DNA of 42,695 bases from a virus. Lineage: Duplodnaviria; Caudoviricetes. This document shows, in pieces, positions 9,355 to 18,670 of the stretch. The notes under the pieces were generated by a model, which ran no database searches, was not told the DNA's origin, and saw only the letters and a program-made list of their open reading frames with translations. The first letter of the stretch is position 1. The number at the start of each line of letters is the position of its first letter. The stretch covers positions 1 to 42,695 of the IMG/VR virus record IMGVR_UViG_3300006927_002472; one strand, given 5' to 3'. Made by a program: the position numbers and the translations under genes.

Positions 9355-10267
9355 AATCAAATAACTCCAAATCTCTACGATATACATTTGAAACTAATTC
9401 TATTGTTTCATCATCATAATAAGTTTTATAATTACTATGACTTCCACCAAAACGAACTGTTGGTAATCCAGTATAACCATGAATTTTTAATAACTCATAC
9501 TCCAAATTTAATTTATCACACAACACTTTAAAATCTTTATTTAAATTTTCAAACTTTCCTATAAAATCTACAAATAGTTCTTCATCTACTTCTGCATAAT
9601 AACTTTGATTCAACCAATGTGAATTTGAAGGATAACCTTTACTATCAAGTAAATTTCTTTTTACAAATGTCTTAAAATCTGGTGAACTATAATAACGACT
9701 ATCACGTGTTTGCCACATCTTCCTTTCTTGTAATGATAGCGCTTTAGATGCGATTTTATTAAAATTATTAGCACGTGTTTTAATTAAATATTCGTCAGCG
9801 TCACTCCCTACGCCCGGTACCCGCGGGTCACGGACACCACTATACATGGGTGTTTTCCTATAAGAAGACCATGTTATATCTTCTCGCAGATGGCTGTACG
9901 CAGAAACTAATCTATCAAACGGATTTCTAACAAAAACAAATTTAAAATAATCATTTTTAATTTCTTCATTTGTCAAGTTACTCCACCAAGTATCAAACTT
10001 TACTTTATCGTCTTTTTGACAACTACAATCTGGAACTAATCCCATACCCTTTACAATTTGTTTTTTAGGTTCCTGTTTATATGGTGGTAATCGTGCACCT
10101 TCACCAGCTGTACCTTCTTTAACTACGTCTAATCGAAACATACGTCTATAAATTGTAGTTCCAGCTGTTTTCGCTGGTTTCATATAAATAAAGTTGTTAT
10201 CAACAGAATAACACATATCTTTTAGTAAAAATTTAGTAGAATTAATATGACTTTTTATATTACTCAT
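9344..10267 (-). CDS. Sulfotransferase (Sulfotransfer_2 family)
   Basis: KPAKTAGTT 5'-PSB loop, FVRNPFDRLVSAY 3'-PB motif, HW..Q, DFIGKFENL..DF, Y..D.ELFDY; start at 10267 by ATGA overlap. Confidence 0.9.
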   Translation of the reverse strand: MSNIKSHINSTKFLLKDMCYSVDNNFIYMKPAKTAGTTIYRRMFRLDVVKEGTAGEGARLPPYKQEPKKQIVKGMGLVPDCSCQKDDKVKFDTWWSNLTNEEIKNDYFKFVFVRNPFDRLVSAYSHLREDITWSSYRKTPMYSGVRDPRVPGVGSDADEYLIKTRANNFNKIASKALSLQERKMWQTRDSRYYSSPDFKTFVKRNLLDSKGYPSNSHWLNQSYYAEVDEELFVDFIGKFENLNKDFKVLCDKLNLEYELLKIHGYTGLPTVRFGGSHSNYKTYYDDETIELVSNVYRRDLELFDYEY

Positions 10268-11631
10268 TTTAAATTTAAGATACAACCTTCTCTGTCATTC
10301 ATAGTCCAACCAGCTGCTGTTTTAAAACCTCGTTTCTCACCTATAAACGTATCTAATGATACAGCACCTGTAGTAACAATTTCATAAATAGCTTTTTGAA
10401 TTTCAACTTTCGGATTACCATAATCATCCATAATGATAATTGGTTTATTAAAATAATCCATAACTTTTGGTATATCGTGTTTCACGTGTTCGTATGTATG
10501 ACCCGCATCTATCATCACAACATCTACCTGTGGAAAATCCCATTCTTCTGTATAAATGTCTTTTTGTATAAATTCTACATTATCTCTATCTTTACATTTC
10601 TTTTCAGCTTGTTCTATATTCCAACTATCTTTTTCAACTCCATATACTTTTTTAAATACATTACTATAAACTACAGTTGAATTACCCTGACAACTACCTA
10701 ATTCTATCATTGTTAAATCTTTGTATTTCTTATGAGTAAAAGTTTTTAAAATATCTCTCTTAAATTTTCTACTCGTAGTGTATTTTGCTGTATCTTTATG
10801 TGGCATTAAATCTAAAATTTTATCATATTTTATTTCATCATAATTGTACCTACTTTTTATCATATCCCATGTTTGTTGCATTAACTTAGTTCTATTATCT
10901 TTAGGTATGCCATTAAAGCTACAGTTATATCCATACTTTATAAAAAAAGGTGTCTTATCTTCATCAAGTTGCCAGTTAAAATTAAATAATTCCTTCCTTT
11001 GTAAATGTGTTAATTTAAATGGTAAAGGTAAATCTGTATTTATATCAATGTTATTCGTCTGTAACCAATAATTCATAGGTGTTTGTTCTGTACCTTTCTT
11101 TACAACTTCATCTTGTAGTTTAACAAATTCTTCTATGTTATCTATATAAAACTGTTTAAAGTTATTGAATAAATCTTTATGTTTTTCATTAAACACCATA
11201 AATCCAGAGTTTACGTACTTAGTCATATCCAATTCAAAACCTCCGAATATATCTTTATATCCTTGAATACTTTCATATATCCACCTCATATTATCCATAT
11301 CTCTCCACGCAGTGAATCTTCTATCTGTTAGCTCGAAAAAGTTAGGTGTATCCCATCTAATCATAAAAGAACTATCAACCAGTGCTACCTGATCATATTC
11401 TATATTTCTTCTTTCAAGTTCATCGAATAAGAAAATAGCCTTTTGCCAATTTACTCTATACTTAAATAAATCTTTTTCTACTGGTTCAGTAAACGGTACA
11501 AATAAACAGTCATTTCGTTCACACCAGTATTCCCATGTATTTCTTGAGTATTGAAAATATTCATAACCCCCATACTTTTCTGTATGTTCTGTATTTACTA
11601 CTGCGGGCCACCAAACAACATTTTTTTTCAA
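10264..11631 (-). CDS. Glycosyltransferase (GT8/GT34-like) fused to Methyltransf_24-like domain
   Basis: N-half YDQVALVDSS, YVNSGFMVFN, TEQTPMN; C-half IELGSCQG, DVVMIDAGHTY, IMDDYG; TTG start overlapping upstream TGA. Confidence 0.8.
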   Translation of the reverse strand: MKKNVVWWPAVVNTEHTEKYGGYEYFQYSRNTWEYWCERNDCLFVPFTEPVEKDLFKYRVNWQKAIFLFDELERRNIEYDQVALVDSSFMIRWDTPNFFELTDRRFTAWRDMDNMRWIYESIQGYKDIFGGFELDMTKYVNSGFMVFNEKHKDLFNNFKQFYIDNIEEFVKLQDEVVKKGTEQTPMNYWLQTNNIDINTDLPLPFKLTHLQRKELFNFNWQLDEDKTPFFIKYGYNCSFNGIPKDNRTKLMQQTWDMIKSRYNYDEIKYDKILDLMPHKDTAKYTTSRKFKRDILKTFTHKKYKDLTMIELGSCQGNSTVVYSNVFKKVYGVEKDSWNIEQAEKKCKDRDNVEFIQKDIYTEEWDFPQVDVVMIDAGHTYEHVKHDIPKVMDYFNKPIIIMDDYGNPKVEIQKAIYEIVTTGAVSLDTFIGEKRGFKTAAGWTMNDREGCILNLK

Positions 11632-12371
11632 TTTAACAACTCCTGTGGAAAAGTACTTGTTTCACTATTCATTGAATCTAATAGTTCTTCGTTTCTCTCC
11701 TGTGTTAACGAAACAAAATTACCATAATTTGAATATCCATATTCTGACCATGAATATGGATGCATTAATACATGAAGTTTTTTAACTTTATTAAAATTTA
11801 ATTTCAATGGGTGTCCGAATTTCCATTGATGATTTGAATCTGATAAATAAGTTACATTTAAATCTTCTGGTAGAGGTCCTTCTACATATTCAAAAAACAA
11901 TTCACCATTACAATTAATCAACTCTTCAATTTTCACATACCAAGATAATAATTGTGGATTTACATTAGGTCTATGAAATGCAAATCTATCTATTTTAAAT
12001 CCATAATAATGTTCTAGCACTTCAATATCTTTCAAAATATTTTTTGTTATTTTTTCAGCTCCTAAATTTGGTGGATTTTGATGTAATCCTATCTTATGTC
12101 CCAAATCACGAATTTCTTGAACAGCCTTAATATTTTTTTCTGATAATGCGTTGTATGTATTATTTCTTAGTTGAACAGTATAAGTAGAAACTACACCTAA
12201 TTCATCAGCTTCTATTCTTGCCATTTTAAGAGCTCTATCAACTGAAAATTCTATATCATGTCTAAGTACACAAAATGATGTTGTATCACCATTTACATCA
12301 GCAAAATCAACAATAGGTAGATTTACTTTAATTAAATTGATAATATTTTTGAATTCGTTATAACTAAACAT
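11628..12371 (-). CDS. Polysaccharide deacetylase-like protein (WbmS-like)
   Basis: LRHDIE, GHKIGLH, FHRP, YLSDS..W, LMHP..W motifs. Confidence 0.75.
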   Translation of the reverse strand: MFSYNEFKNIINLIKVNLPIVDFADVNGDTTSFCVLRHDIEFSVDRALKMARIEADELGVVSTYTVQLRNNTYNALSEKNIKAVQEIRDLGHKIGLHQNPPNLGAEKITKNILKDIEVLEHYYGFKIDRFAFHRPNVNPQLLSWYVKIEELINCNGELFFEYVEGPLPEDLNVTYLSDSNHQWKFGHPLKLNFNKVKKLHVLMHPYSWSEYGYSNYGNFVSLTQERNEELLDSMNSETSTFPQELLN

Positions 12372-13275
12372 TTAACAACCCTTCTTCTAATAATCTTTCT
12401 ACTGTTGAATGATATAATGAACCTTGAGGTGTAGCTCTATTTGATAATAAACCTCGTTCACCTTCTAAACAATATTTACTAACTCTATATGCTGGTGAAA
12501 TATATCTAATTGTATCTAAATAACCATTTCTTACCATGAACCCATAAAAATTTTGAACTGGTTTTTCCCAATCTTTTATACTAAGACCACCTGTTGGGTA
12601 CGTAGTACCATAATAACCTATACCTGCATTGTCAGTTTCACCTGTTCTATCTAATTCAATATTATCTATATCAAATTTACCACCCATTTTTTCAATTATT
12701 TCTGGTTTAAAGAAATCAAATGACCCACGAACTTTACCAGTCATATTTACTATACCATTTGATAATATTAACCACTCACCATCATTTTTAACTTCTGAAT
12801 AATCACCCGGTCCTGCGTTTTTAAATTCTGGTAAATCATTCATAGAATAATCATTTCTAAATAAAGTTTCAATTTTATTATCTAATACATCAATAAACAA
12901 ATTATCGTTAAAAACGAAATTATCATCATGTGAAAATAAAAGCATATCATAATTCTTATAGTTATTTTTTTCTAACCATTGATTTGTAATAGCCCAATCA
13001 CCACAAGTATTTGGTTCTAATATATAATGCCAACCATTTTCTTCAAGATAATTAACAGTAGCTATTTTTTCGTATAAGATTTTATCTATTTTTTCTAAAG
13101 TACCATTACTTAATTGAGATAAAAATTTTTGTTTCTCTATATCAGATACTTCAGGTTCTCTATGAGAAACACAAAAATAATCAACTTCCCAATCTTTCGG
13201 TATTTTTTGTGTTCTTACCTGTTGATAAAATTTTAGTGGAAAGTGCCACCCATTAATTACTACAGCTAATTTCAT
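12364..13275 (-). CDS. Uncharacterised GT-A-like protein (GWH/HREP family, paralog of 6249-7001)
   Basis: VINGWHF, VSHREP, YDMLLFSHDD, RGSFDFF motifs. Confidence 0.55.
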   Translation of the reverse strand: MKLAVVINGWHFPLKFYQQVRTQKIPKDWEVDYFCVSHREPEVSDIEKQKFLSQLSNGTLEKIDKILYEKIATVNYLEENGWHYILEPNTCGDWAITNQWLEKNNYKNYDMLLFSHDDNFVFNDNLFIDVLDNKIETLFRNDYSMNDLPEFKNAGPGDYSEVKNDGEWLILSNGIVNMTGKVRGSFDFFKPEIIEKMGGKFDIDNIELDRTGETDNAGIGYYGTTYPTGGLSIKDWEKPVQNFYGFMVRNGYLDTIRYISPAYRVSKYCLEGERGLLSNRATPQGSLYHSTVERLLEEGLLNV

Positions 13276-14402
13276 ACAATCTCTTTCAAAACTTTAATAA
13301 CTTCTGTTTGTTCATCATCAGTTAATGTAGGATACATTGGTAATGAAAATATTTCATTAGCTAATTTTTCAGTTATTGGTAAATCTCCATCTTTCCAACC
13401 TAAATATTCATATCCTATCATAGTATGAACTGGCCACGGGTAACTTATATTTAAATGTATGTCTCTTTCAGTTAAATCTTTCATTATTCTATCCCTATCA
13501 GGATGAGCAACCACATATATATAATATCCATGTCTATTGTAGTAACATTCTTCAGGTAAAACTAATTCTGTATCTGATAATTCTTCATTATATCTTTCTG
13601 CAATCTGTCTTCTTCTATCTATCCATTCATCTATATAATTAAGTTTTTTAAGTAGTATTGCTGCATGTACTTCATCTAACCTAGAATTACAAGTATCTGG
13701 TCCATGTTCTAATGCATAATATTTACCATTCCAATGACCTGATGACATTTTTTTTCTTTCCATTCCAAAAAATCTCATACGATTCATCTTATCATATAAC
13801 TTCTCATCATTAGTTGTAATAAAACCACCATCACCATAAGCACCAAATATTTTAGTTGGATAAAAAGAAAAACAACCAACATCACCTATTGAACCTGCTT
13901 TTCTACCGTTATAAGTAGCACCGTGTGATTGTGCACAATCTTCAATAACTCGTAAATTATTCTCGTGAGCAGTATTCATAATAATACCCATATCACACAT
14001 TTGTCCAAACAAATGGACTGGTATAATTGCTTTAGTTTCATTATGTATTGCACTCTGTAATTCTACTACATCCATTAAAAAATATCTATCAACATCAACA
14101 AATACAGGTGTTGCTCCAGTCATTACAATAGCTGTTACAGTAGGAACTGCTGTGTTTGATACAGTAATAACTTCATCTCCTGTACCGATATTCATAGCTT
14201 TTAAAGCAATGTACAATGCATCTGTACAATTACCTACTCCTATACCAAACTTTGAATCACAATATTTAGAAAATTTTTCTTCAAACTCTTCTACTCTTGG
14301 ACCAAAAACCAATGTTCCTCCACTAAACACGTTATCTACTGCATCTAAAATTTCTTCTCTTAATGCTTCATATTCTTTTTTATAATCCCATACTTTTATC
14401 AT
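13272..14402 (-). CDS. dTDP-sugar C3 aminotransferase, DnrJ/EvaB-like
   Basis: IEDCAQSHGA, SFYPTKIFGAYGDGG, NSRLDEVHAA, plus subfamily-type VWDY..EY...R..ILDAV and LNISYPWPVHTM segments. Confidence 0.88.
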   Translation of the reverse strand: MIKVWDYKKEYEALREEILDAVDNVFSGGTLVFGPRVEEFEEKFSKYCDSKFGIGVGNCTDALYIALKAMNIGTGDEVITVSNTAVPTVTAIVMTGATPVFVDVDRYFLMDVVELQSAIHNETKAIIPVHLFGQMCDMGIIMNTAHENNLRVIEDCAQSHGATYNGRKAGSIGDVGCFSFYPTKIFGAYGDGGFITTNDEKLYDKMNRMRFFGMERKKMSSGHWNGKYYALEHGPDTCNSRLDEVHAAILLKKLNYIDEWIDRRRQIAERYNEELSDTELVLPEECYYNRHGYYIYVVAHPDRDRIMKDLTERDIHLNISYPWPVHTMIGYEYLGWKDGDLPITEKLANEIFSLPMYPTLTDDEQTEVIKVLKEIV

Positions 14403-14411
14403 AATTGTCTC

Positions 14412-15179
14412 CTATACGTGTGATATGATAGTTCTAACTGAATTAGCTACCCAAGATTCTTTTTCTAAACATTGTTTTATTTGATACATACTCATCCAAA
14501 TAAAATTATCATTTTTAAAAGTAATATTATACTCTTCTTCTACTTCTACTATCATATTCAAATTTCGTTTACTATAAAATCTACCACCGTCTTCAGATTG
14601 CCATTTCTTCAATAAAACTTTACCTACTTTTTCCGCATTCTGAAAAATATTTAAATAATTTGGAACATTACCTAAATGAGCTGCGTTTATATTACTGAAT
14701 GTAGCTTGTAATGTTGGACTAATTTGAACTAAATTTACATTACCCGGTTCTGATTTGGCTTCCAATAAATAATGTGGTATTCCTTCAAATCTTTTTCTAA
14801 CAATCCCGAGTATACCACCATCTAAACCAACTTGTTTAAAAAGGGGTTGGTCCCATCCTCTTTTTGCTTCTCTAATTTTAGTGTGTACTCTAAGTGCTTG
14901 AACTGAATAAAATTCACCACTTGTATGATATATAATATCTCCATCAAAAATCCATTCACTACAGTCTTTCAAAGATATTTCTTCAATAACCATTTCTTTT
15001 TTATCAAGTACACTTTGATACCATTTTTCTATATCTTCAAATGTATGAAAAGTTGACCAATCTTTTAAAGTTTCAAAATGAAACTCTAATTGATTTTCAT
15101 CAATTTTACTTGTCATATTTAAACCTAAAATATGTTTTTTATATTTATTTAACTGTTTTAAATATTTATCTTGTTTCAT
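14412..15179 (-). CDS. NDP-hexose 2,3-dehydratase family protein (single domain)
   Basis: H.SG.FYSV..LRV, WDQPL, GILG, AK.EPGN...VQISPTLQAT.SN, QSEDGGRFY.KRN.NMIVEV as in EvaA/DnmT/OleV. Confidence 0.9.
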   Translation of the reverse strand: MKQDKYLKQLNKYKKHILGLNMTSKIDENQLEFHFETLKDWSTFHTFEDIEKWYQSVLDKKEMVIEEISLKDCSEWIFDGDIIYHTSGEFYSVQALRVHTKIREAKRGWDQPLFKQVGLDGGILGIVRKRFEGIPHYLLEAKSEPGNVNLVQISPTLQATFSNINAAHLGNVPNYLNIFQNAEKVGKVLLKKWQSEDGGRFYSKRNLNMIVEVEEEYNITFKNDNFIWMSMYQIKQCLEKESWVANSVRTIISHV

Positions 15180-16072
15180 TTTAAACTCTCAACTGTTAAC
15201 TTAACTCCATCTTGTAAATTAACTCTTGGTTGCCAACCAATTACTTCTTCTAATAACCTATAATCTCCTACATAACTACGCATTTCAATGGGATTCAAAT
15301 CAATAGTATCATCTTCCGTGACTGTAACATCTGTTAGTACAGAGGCTATAGTGTTCCACATATCTGATATAGTTGTTAATTTATTACTTCCTACTACAAA
15401 AAATCTACCATCAAAAATATCATCATTAGCTAAACCTGTCTTTATAAAAGCTTTAACTATATCATCAATATAAACATAATCTCTATAACAATTTCTATTC
15501 TTAAATAACTTTAATTGTTTATGTTCAATTCCATATTTTATGACTCTGGCAATCAATGAACCTGACGTTTTTCTATTTATATCTTTATCTCGAACAGGAC
15601 CGTAGATATTTGGTAATCGTAAAATAATACTTTTCAATCCAAACTTTTCGTTATATATTTTTAAATAATGTTCTGAAAGTAGTTTGTGTGCTGACCATTC
15701 TGCTGCTGGTTTTGCATTTGTGTTTTCATTTACTTTATCTTCATTTACTATTCCAAATACATTAGTTGAACTTGCAAAAATAATTTTTGGATTACATCTT
15801 TTCTCAACACAAGTTTGTAACATATGTAAAACTGATACTGAATTTACATTTAAATCTCTTTCTGGTGTTTCATGTTCTACTTCTACAGCTGCTAAATGAA
15901 AAATAATATCAATATCATCTTTTATAATATCATTCCAAGTTTCTTTTTTAGATACATCACCGGTAGAAATAATTAAATTACAATCAATGGAATTAAACGA
16001 CTTTACTAAAGTTGAACCTATATAACCTGTACTACCTGTTATTAATATATTTAATCCTTCATAAGAAGTCAT
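15176..16072 (-). CDS. NAD(P)-dependent epimerase/4-ketoreductase (extended SDR)
   Basis: ITGSTGYIG, FHLAA, FASS, LRLPNIYGP, RDYVYIDD; the YxxxK position reads WSAHK. Confidence 0.82.
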   Translation of the reverse strand: MTSYEGLNILITGSTGYIGSTLVKSFNSIDCNLIISTGDVSKKETWNDIIKDDIDIIFHLAAVEVEHETPERDLNVNSVSVLHMLQTCVEKRCNPKIIFASSTNVFGIVNEDKVNENTNAKPAAEWSAHKLLSEHYLKIYNEKFGLKSIILRLPNIYGPVRDKDINRKTSGSLIARVIKYGIEHKQLKLFKNRNCYRDYVYIDDIVKAFIKTGLANDDIFDGRFFVVGSNKLTTISDMWNTIASVLTDVTVTEDDTIDLNPIEMRSYVGDYRLLEEVIGWQPRVNLQDGVKLTVESLK

Positions 16073-16546
16073 TTAAAATCCTGTCTTACCATCCCATTCA
16101 AATGGTATTAATTCATCATTAAACGGTATTCTGTATTCATCGAGTTCTTCATGATGATACGGTTCAGTTGTAATACTAATAATATAAGCATCCTCTTTAC
16201 CTACAGCTTCAAAACCGTGATAACAACCTGTTGGTATTTTTACTAATACTGGATTATCTTTGTTTACAATATATTCTTTTAATTCACCGTATGTCGGTGA
16301 ACCATCTCTATCATCAAATACAACAATTCGAGCTGTACCATTAATACAAGTAAAATAATCTGTTTTTATTCTATGATAATGCCAAGCTTTTACAAAACCT
16401 GGTTCGCAGCAAGTGATATATACTTGACCGAATTTTTTATAAATAGGATCATCCATTCTCAATATTTCCATTAAAAATCCTCTATCATCTGAATGAATTG
16501 TCAACTCTTTAGTTATAAAAGCATCTTCATATTCTTTTTCTTTCAT
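16073..16546 (-). CDS. dTDP-4-keto-6-deoxyhexose 3,5-epimerase (RmlC-like cupin)
   Basis: H.DDRG, PG.VKAWHYH, D.R..SPTYG, IPTG.YHGF. Confidence 0.88.
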   Translation of the reverse strand: MKEKEYEDAFITKELTIHSDDRGFLMEILRMDDPIYKKFGQVYITCCEPGFVKAWHYHRIKTDYFTCINGTARIVVFDDRDGSPTYGELKEYIVNKDNPVLVKIPTGCYHGFEAVGKEDAYIISITTEPYHHEELDEYRIPFNDELIPFEWDGKTGF

Positions 16547-16547
16547 A

Positions 16548-17000
16548 TTAATCTATCTCCATTTTATTTTTTTCTTTTATTATATAATCACTACAAATAC
16601 CTGCACAGTTACTATAAGCTGTCTTACTTATTCTTTGTATTTCTGGTAATACACATATTGATTTTTCTGTTAATGGGTACGTTGGATATGTCCATAAATA
16701 ACCGTGTGAAGTCAATGTAACATCATCTTTTTGATGAAAGAAACAATGAGCTTCTATCTTTTGTAGTTCATATAATACCTGAATATCTTTAGCGTGACAC
16801 CAAACTTCTTTTCTTTTTAGAAAATCTGTTCTAACTCTATATTGAGGTCTATCATGTCCAGTCCAAAATATTCCCTCATACCAATGAACATCAATCTCTA
16901 CATCAAAACCTTGTTCAATAGCTTCTTCACAATATCCTTGACCATTTTCAAGTTTTGACTCTTTACCGTTTGTATTTCCTCTATGTGCTATAAAAATCAT
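16548..17000 (-). CDS. Glycerophosphodiester phosphodiesterase-like (PLC-like) small protein
   Basis: IAHRGN, EN, GFDVEIDV, GHD, WCHAK, GICSDY. Confidence 0.75.
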   Translation of the reverse strand: MIFIAHRGNTNGKESKLENGQGYCEEAIEQGFDVEIDVHWYEGIFWTGHDRPQYRVRTDFLKRKEVWCHAKDIQVLYELQKIEAHCFFHQKDDVTLTSHGYLWTYPTYPLTEKSICVLPEIQRISKTAYSNCAGICSDYIIKEKNKMEID

Positions 17001-17696
17001 CTATAACTCCCTCACATCTATAAAACTACCACTTTCAAGTTCTTCTTTTAATTGTGGTAATAACTCATAAATCTTCTCTGCAGCCTCATCTGCAGAAGGA
17101 GCTTCATTATTTTCTCTTAATTCTACAAACTTTTTTTTCCATTCAAATTTCTCCCCATCTACTTCTTCACATATAAAATCTTGCATTGAAGTATTTACTG
17201 GTCCTGGTGAAAGTGATAAAAAATGTGTTTTAGGATTTTCAATTGCATAAACTTTCATCATCATATTAAGTGCTGCTTTAGAAATAGAATAATTTCCCCA
17301 ACCTGTATATGTATTAATTGCTGCACCCGAAGATATTGCTACTACTTGTTTAACTTCAATTTTCTTATTAATTAAATAATCAATAATCATTTTATTAGAT
17401 AATGTATTAATATCAAGTACTCTTTCTAGTTCGGGTAAAACTACTTTATTTGAAAATTCAATTTGACCGAGAACACCCGCATTAAGGATAACCACATCAA
17501 TTTCACTTACATCTTTTAGCAAAGTTCGTAATTTTTCAGGAATTTGATGTTTCCATATAAGATCACATTCAATATGATTATACCCTTTAACTTCGCTTCT
17601 ACTCAATCCAGATACGGTATATCCTGTCTCAGAGTACTTTTCAGCTAAAGCTTTCCCTAATCCAGCACTCATTCCTGTGATTAAAACATTCTTCAT
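17001..17696 (-). CDS. Short-chain dehydrogenase/reductase (YueD/sepiapterin reductase-like)
   Basis: ITGMSAGLG, NAG, ISSGAA, YSISK, SPGPVNTSMQ. Confidence 0.88.
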   Translation of the reverse strand: MKNVLITGMSAGLGKALAEKYSETGYTVSGLSRSEVKGYNHIECDLIWKHQIPEKLRTLLKDVSEIDVVILNAGVLGQIEFSNKVVLPELERVLDINTLSNKMIIDYLINKKIEVKQVVAISSGAAINTYTGWGNYSISKAALNMMMKVYAIENPKTHFLSLSPGPVNTSMQDFICEEVDGEKFEWKKKFVELRENNEAPSADEAAEKIYELLPQLKEELESGSFIDVREL

Positions 17697-18670
17697 TATA
17701 TTTCCACTCCATGATAATATAGTAACAACAATTCTTTATTAAAATTATCTCTATCTAATCCTTTTACTAAATCACAAAATAGAATAAACTTACTCATTGG
17801 TACATTTAATTTTCTAGCTTGTGTTGCATAGTGGTCTGTAATACCATATCTTCCAGTTACCATAAGATATGGACTTACTGTTTTCTTAAATAAGGCTTCA
17901 TAATATTTGTGAATAAACTCATTCAATTTCAATGCTTTATCATCATCAAGTACATTCTCTAATTTTAAATTACCGGCACCCTTTCCAAGAGACATTACTG
18001 ATGTATCACAGTAATCTACATAAGGACTTTCAAGACACTTAATATAATTCATATAAGCTTTACCAGTATGATTGTGTAGATGAAAACAAGTTTTCTTTCC
18101 AGAATCTATTATCCTCTTGAAAAATTGTTCATATCTTTTTATATCTCTATGTAAATTTAAATGTCCGTGTGTATCTGCAAAACCTATAATATCAAAATCA
18201 GAATCAAGAACAATATCAAGTGCAGAATTGAGTTCATCATCTATATAATTGGTCGTATTAAAAAGATTAAATGCTATAACTAAACCAGTATGTTTTTTTA
18301 GTTTAACGGCAAATTCAAATCCCTCTTTAACCATATCTTTTCTACAAGTCATTCTAATCATTTTAATTTCATTTTGATTATCTGTAGGATAGTCGTTTAA
18401 ATCTTTACTACAATAAGAATAGTCAATCATAACAGATATATTATTTTTACCTTGTTCACCTGTAACTTTTTTGACTGTATCTATATCTAAATTAAAAAAT
18501 CTATTCTTACTTTTCGCTGTTTGTTTCCAATAACCCATCTCTACATAACTAACATCTAATTCACTCATTAAATTATAATACTCTTGTGCAAATTCTATTG
18601 GCCAATCGAAATCACAAGTAAATCCACCGTCTCTTAATGTAACATCAACTAATTCTATTGTTTCTTTCAC
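17696..18670 (-). CDS. DRE-TIM metallolyase, 4-hydroxy-2-oxovalerate aldolase-like
   Basis: DVTLRDGG, FADTHG, FHLHN, GKGAGNL.LE; GTG start. Confidence 0.88.
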   Translation of the reverse strand: MKETIELVDVTLRDGGFTCDFDWPIEFAQEYYNLMSELDVSYVEMGYWKQTAKSKNRFFNLDIDTVKKVTGEQGKNNISVMIDYSYCSKDLNDYPTDNQNEIKMIRMTCRKDMVKEGFEFAVKLKKHTGLVIAFNLFNTTNYIDDELNSALDIVLDSDFDIIGFADTHGHLNLHRDIKRYEQFFKRIIDSGKKTCFHLHNHTGKAYMNYIKCLESPYVDYCDTSVMSLGKGAGNLKLENVLDDDKALKLNEFIHKYYEALFKKTVSPYLMVTGRYGITDHYATQARKLNVPMSKFILFCDLVKGLDRDNFNKELLLLYYHGVEI

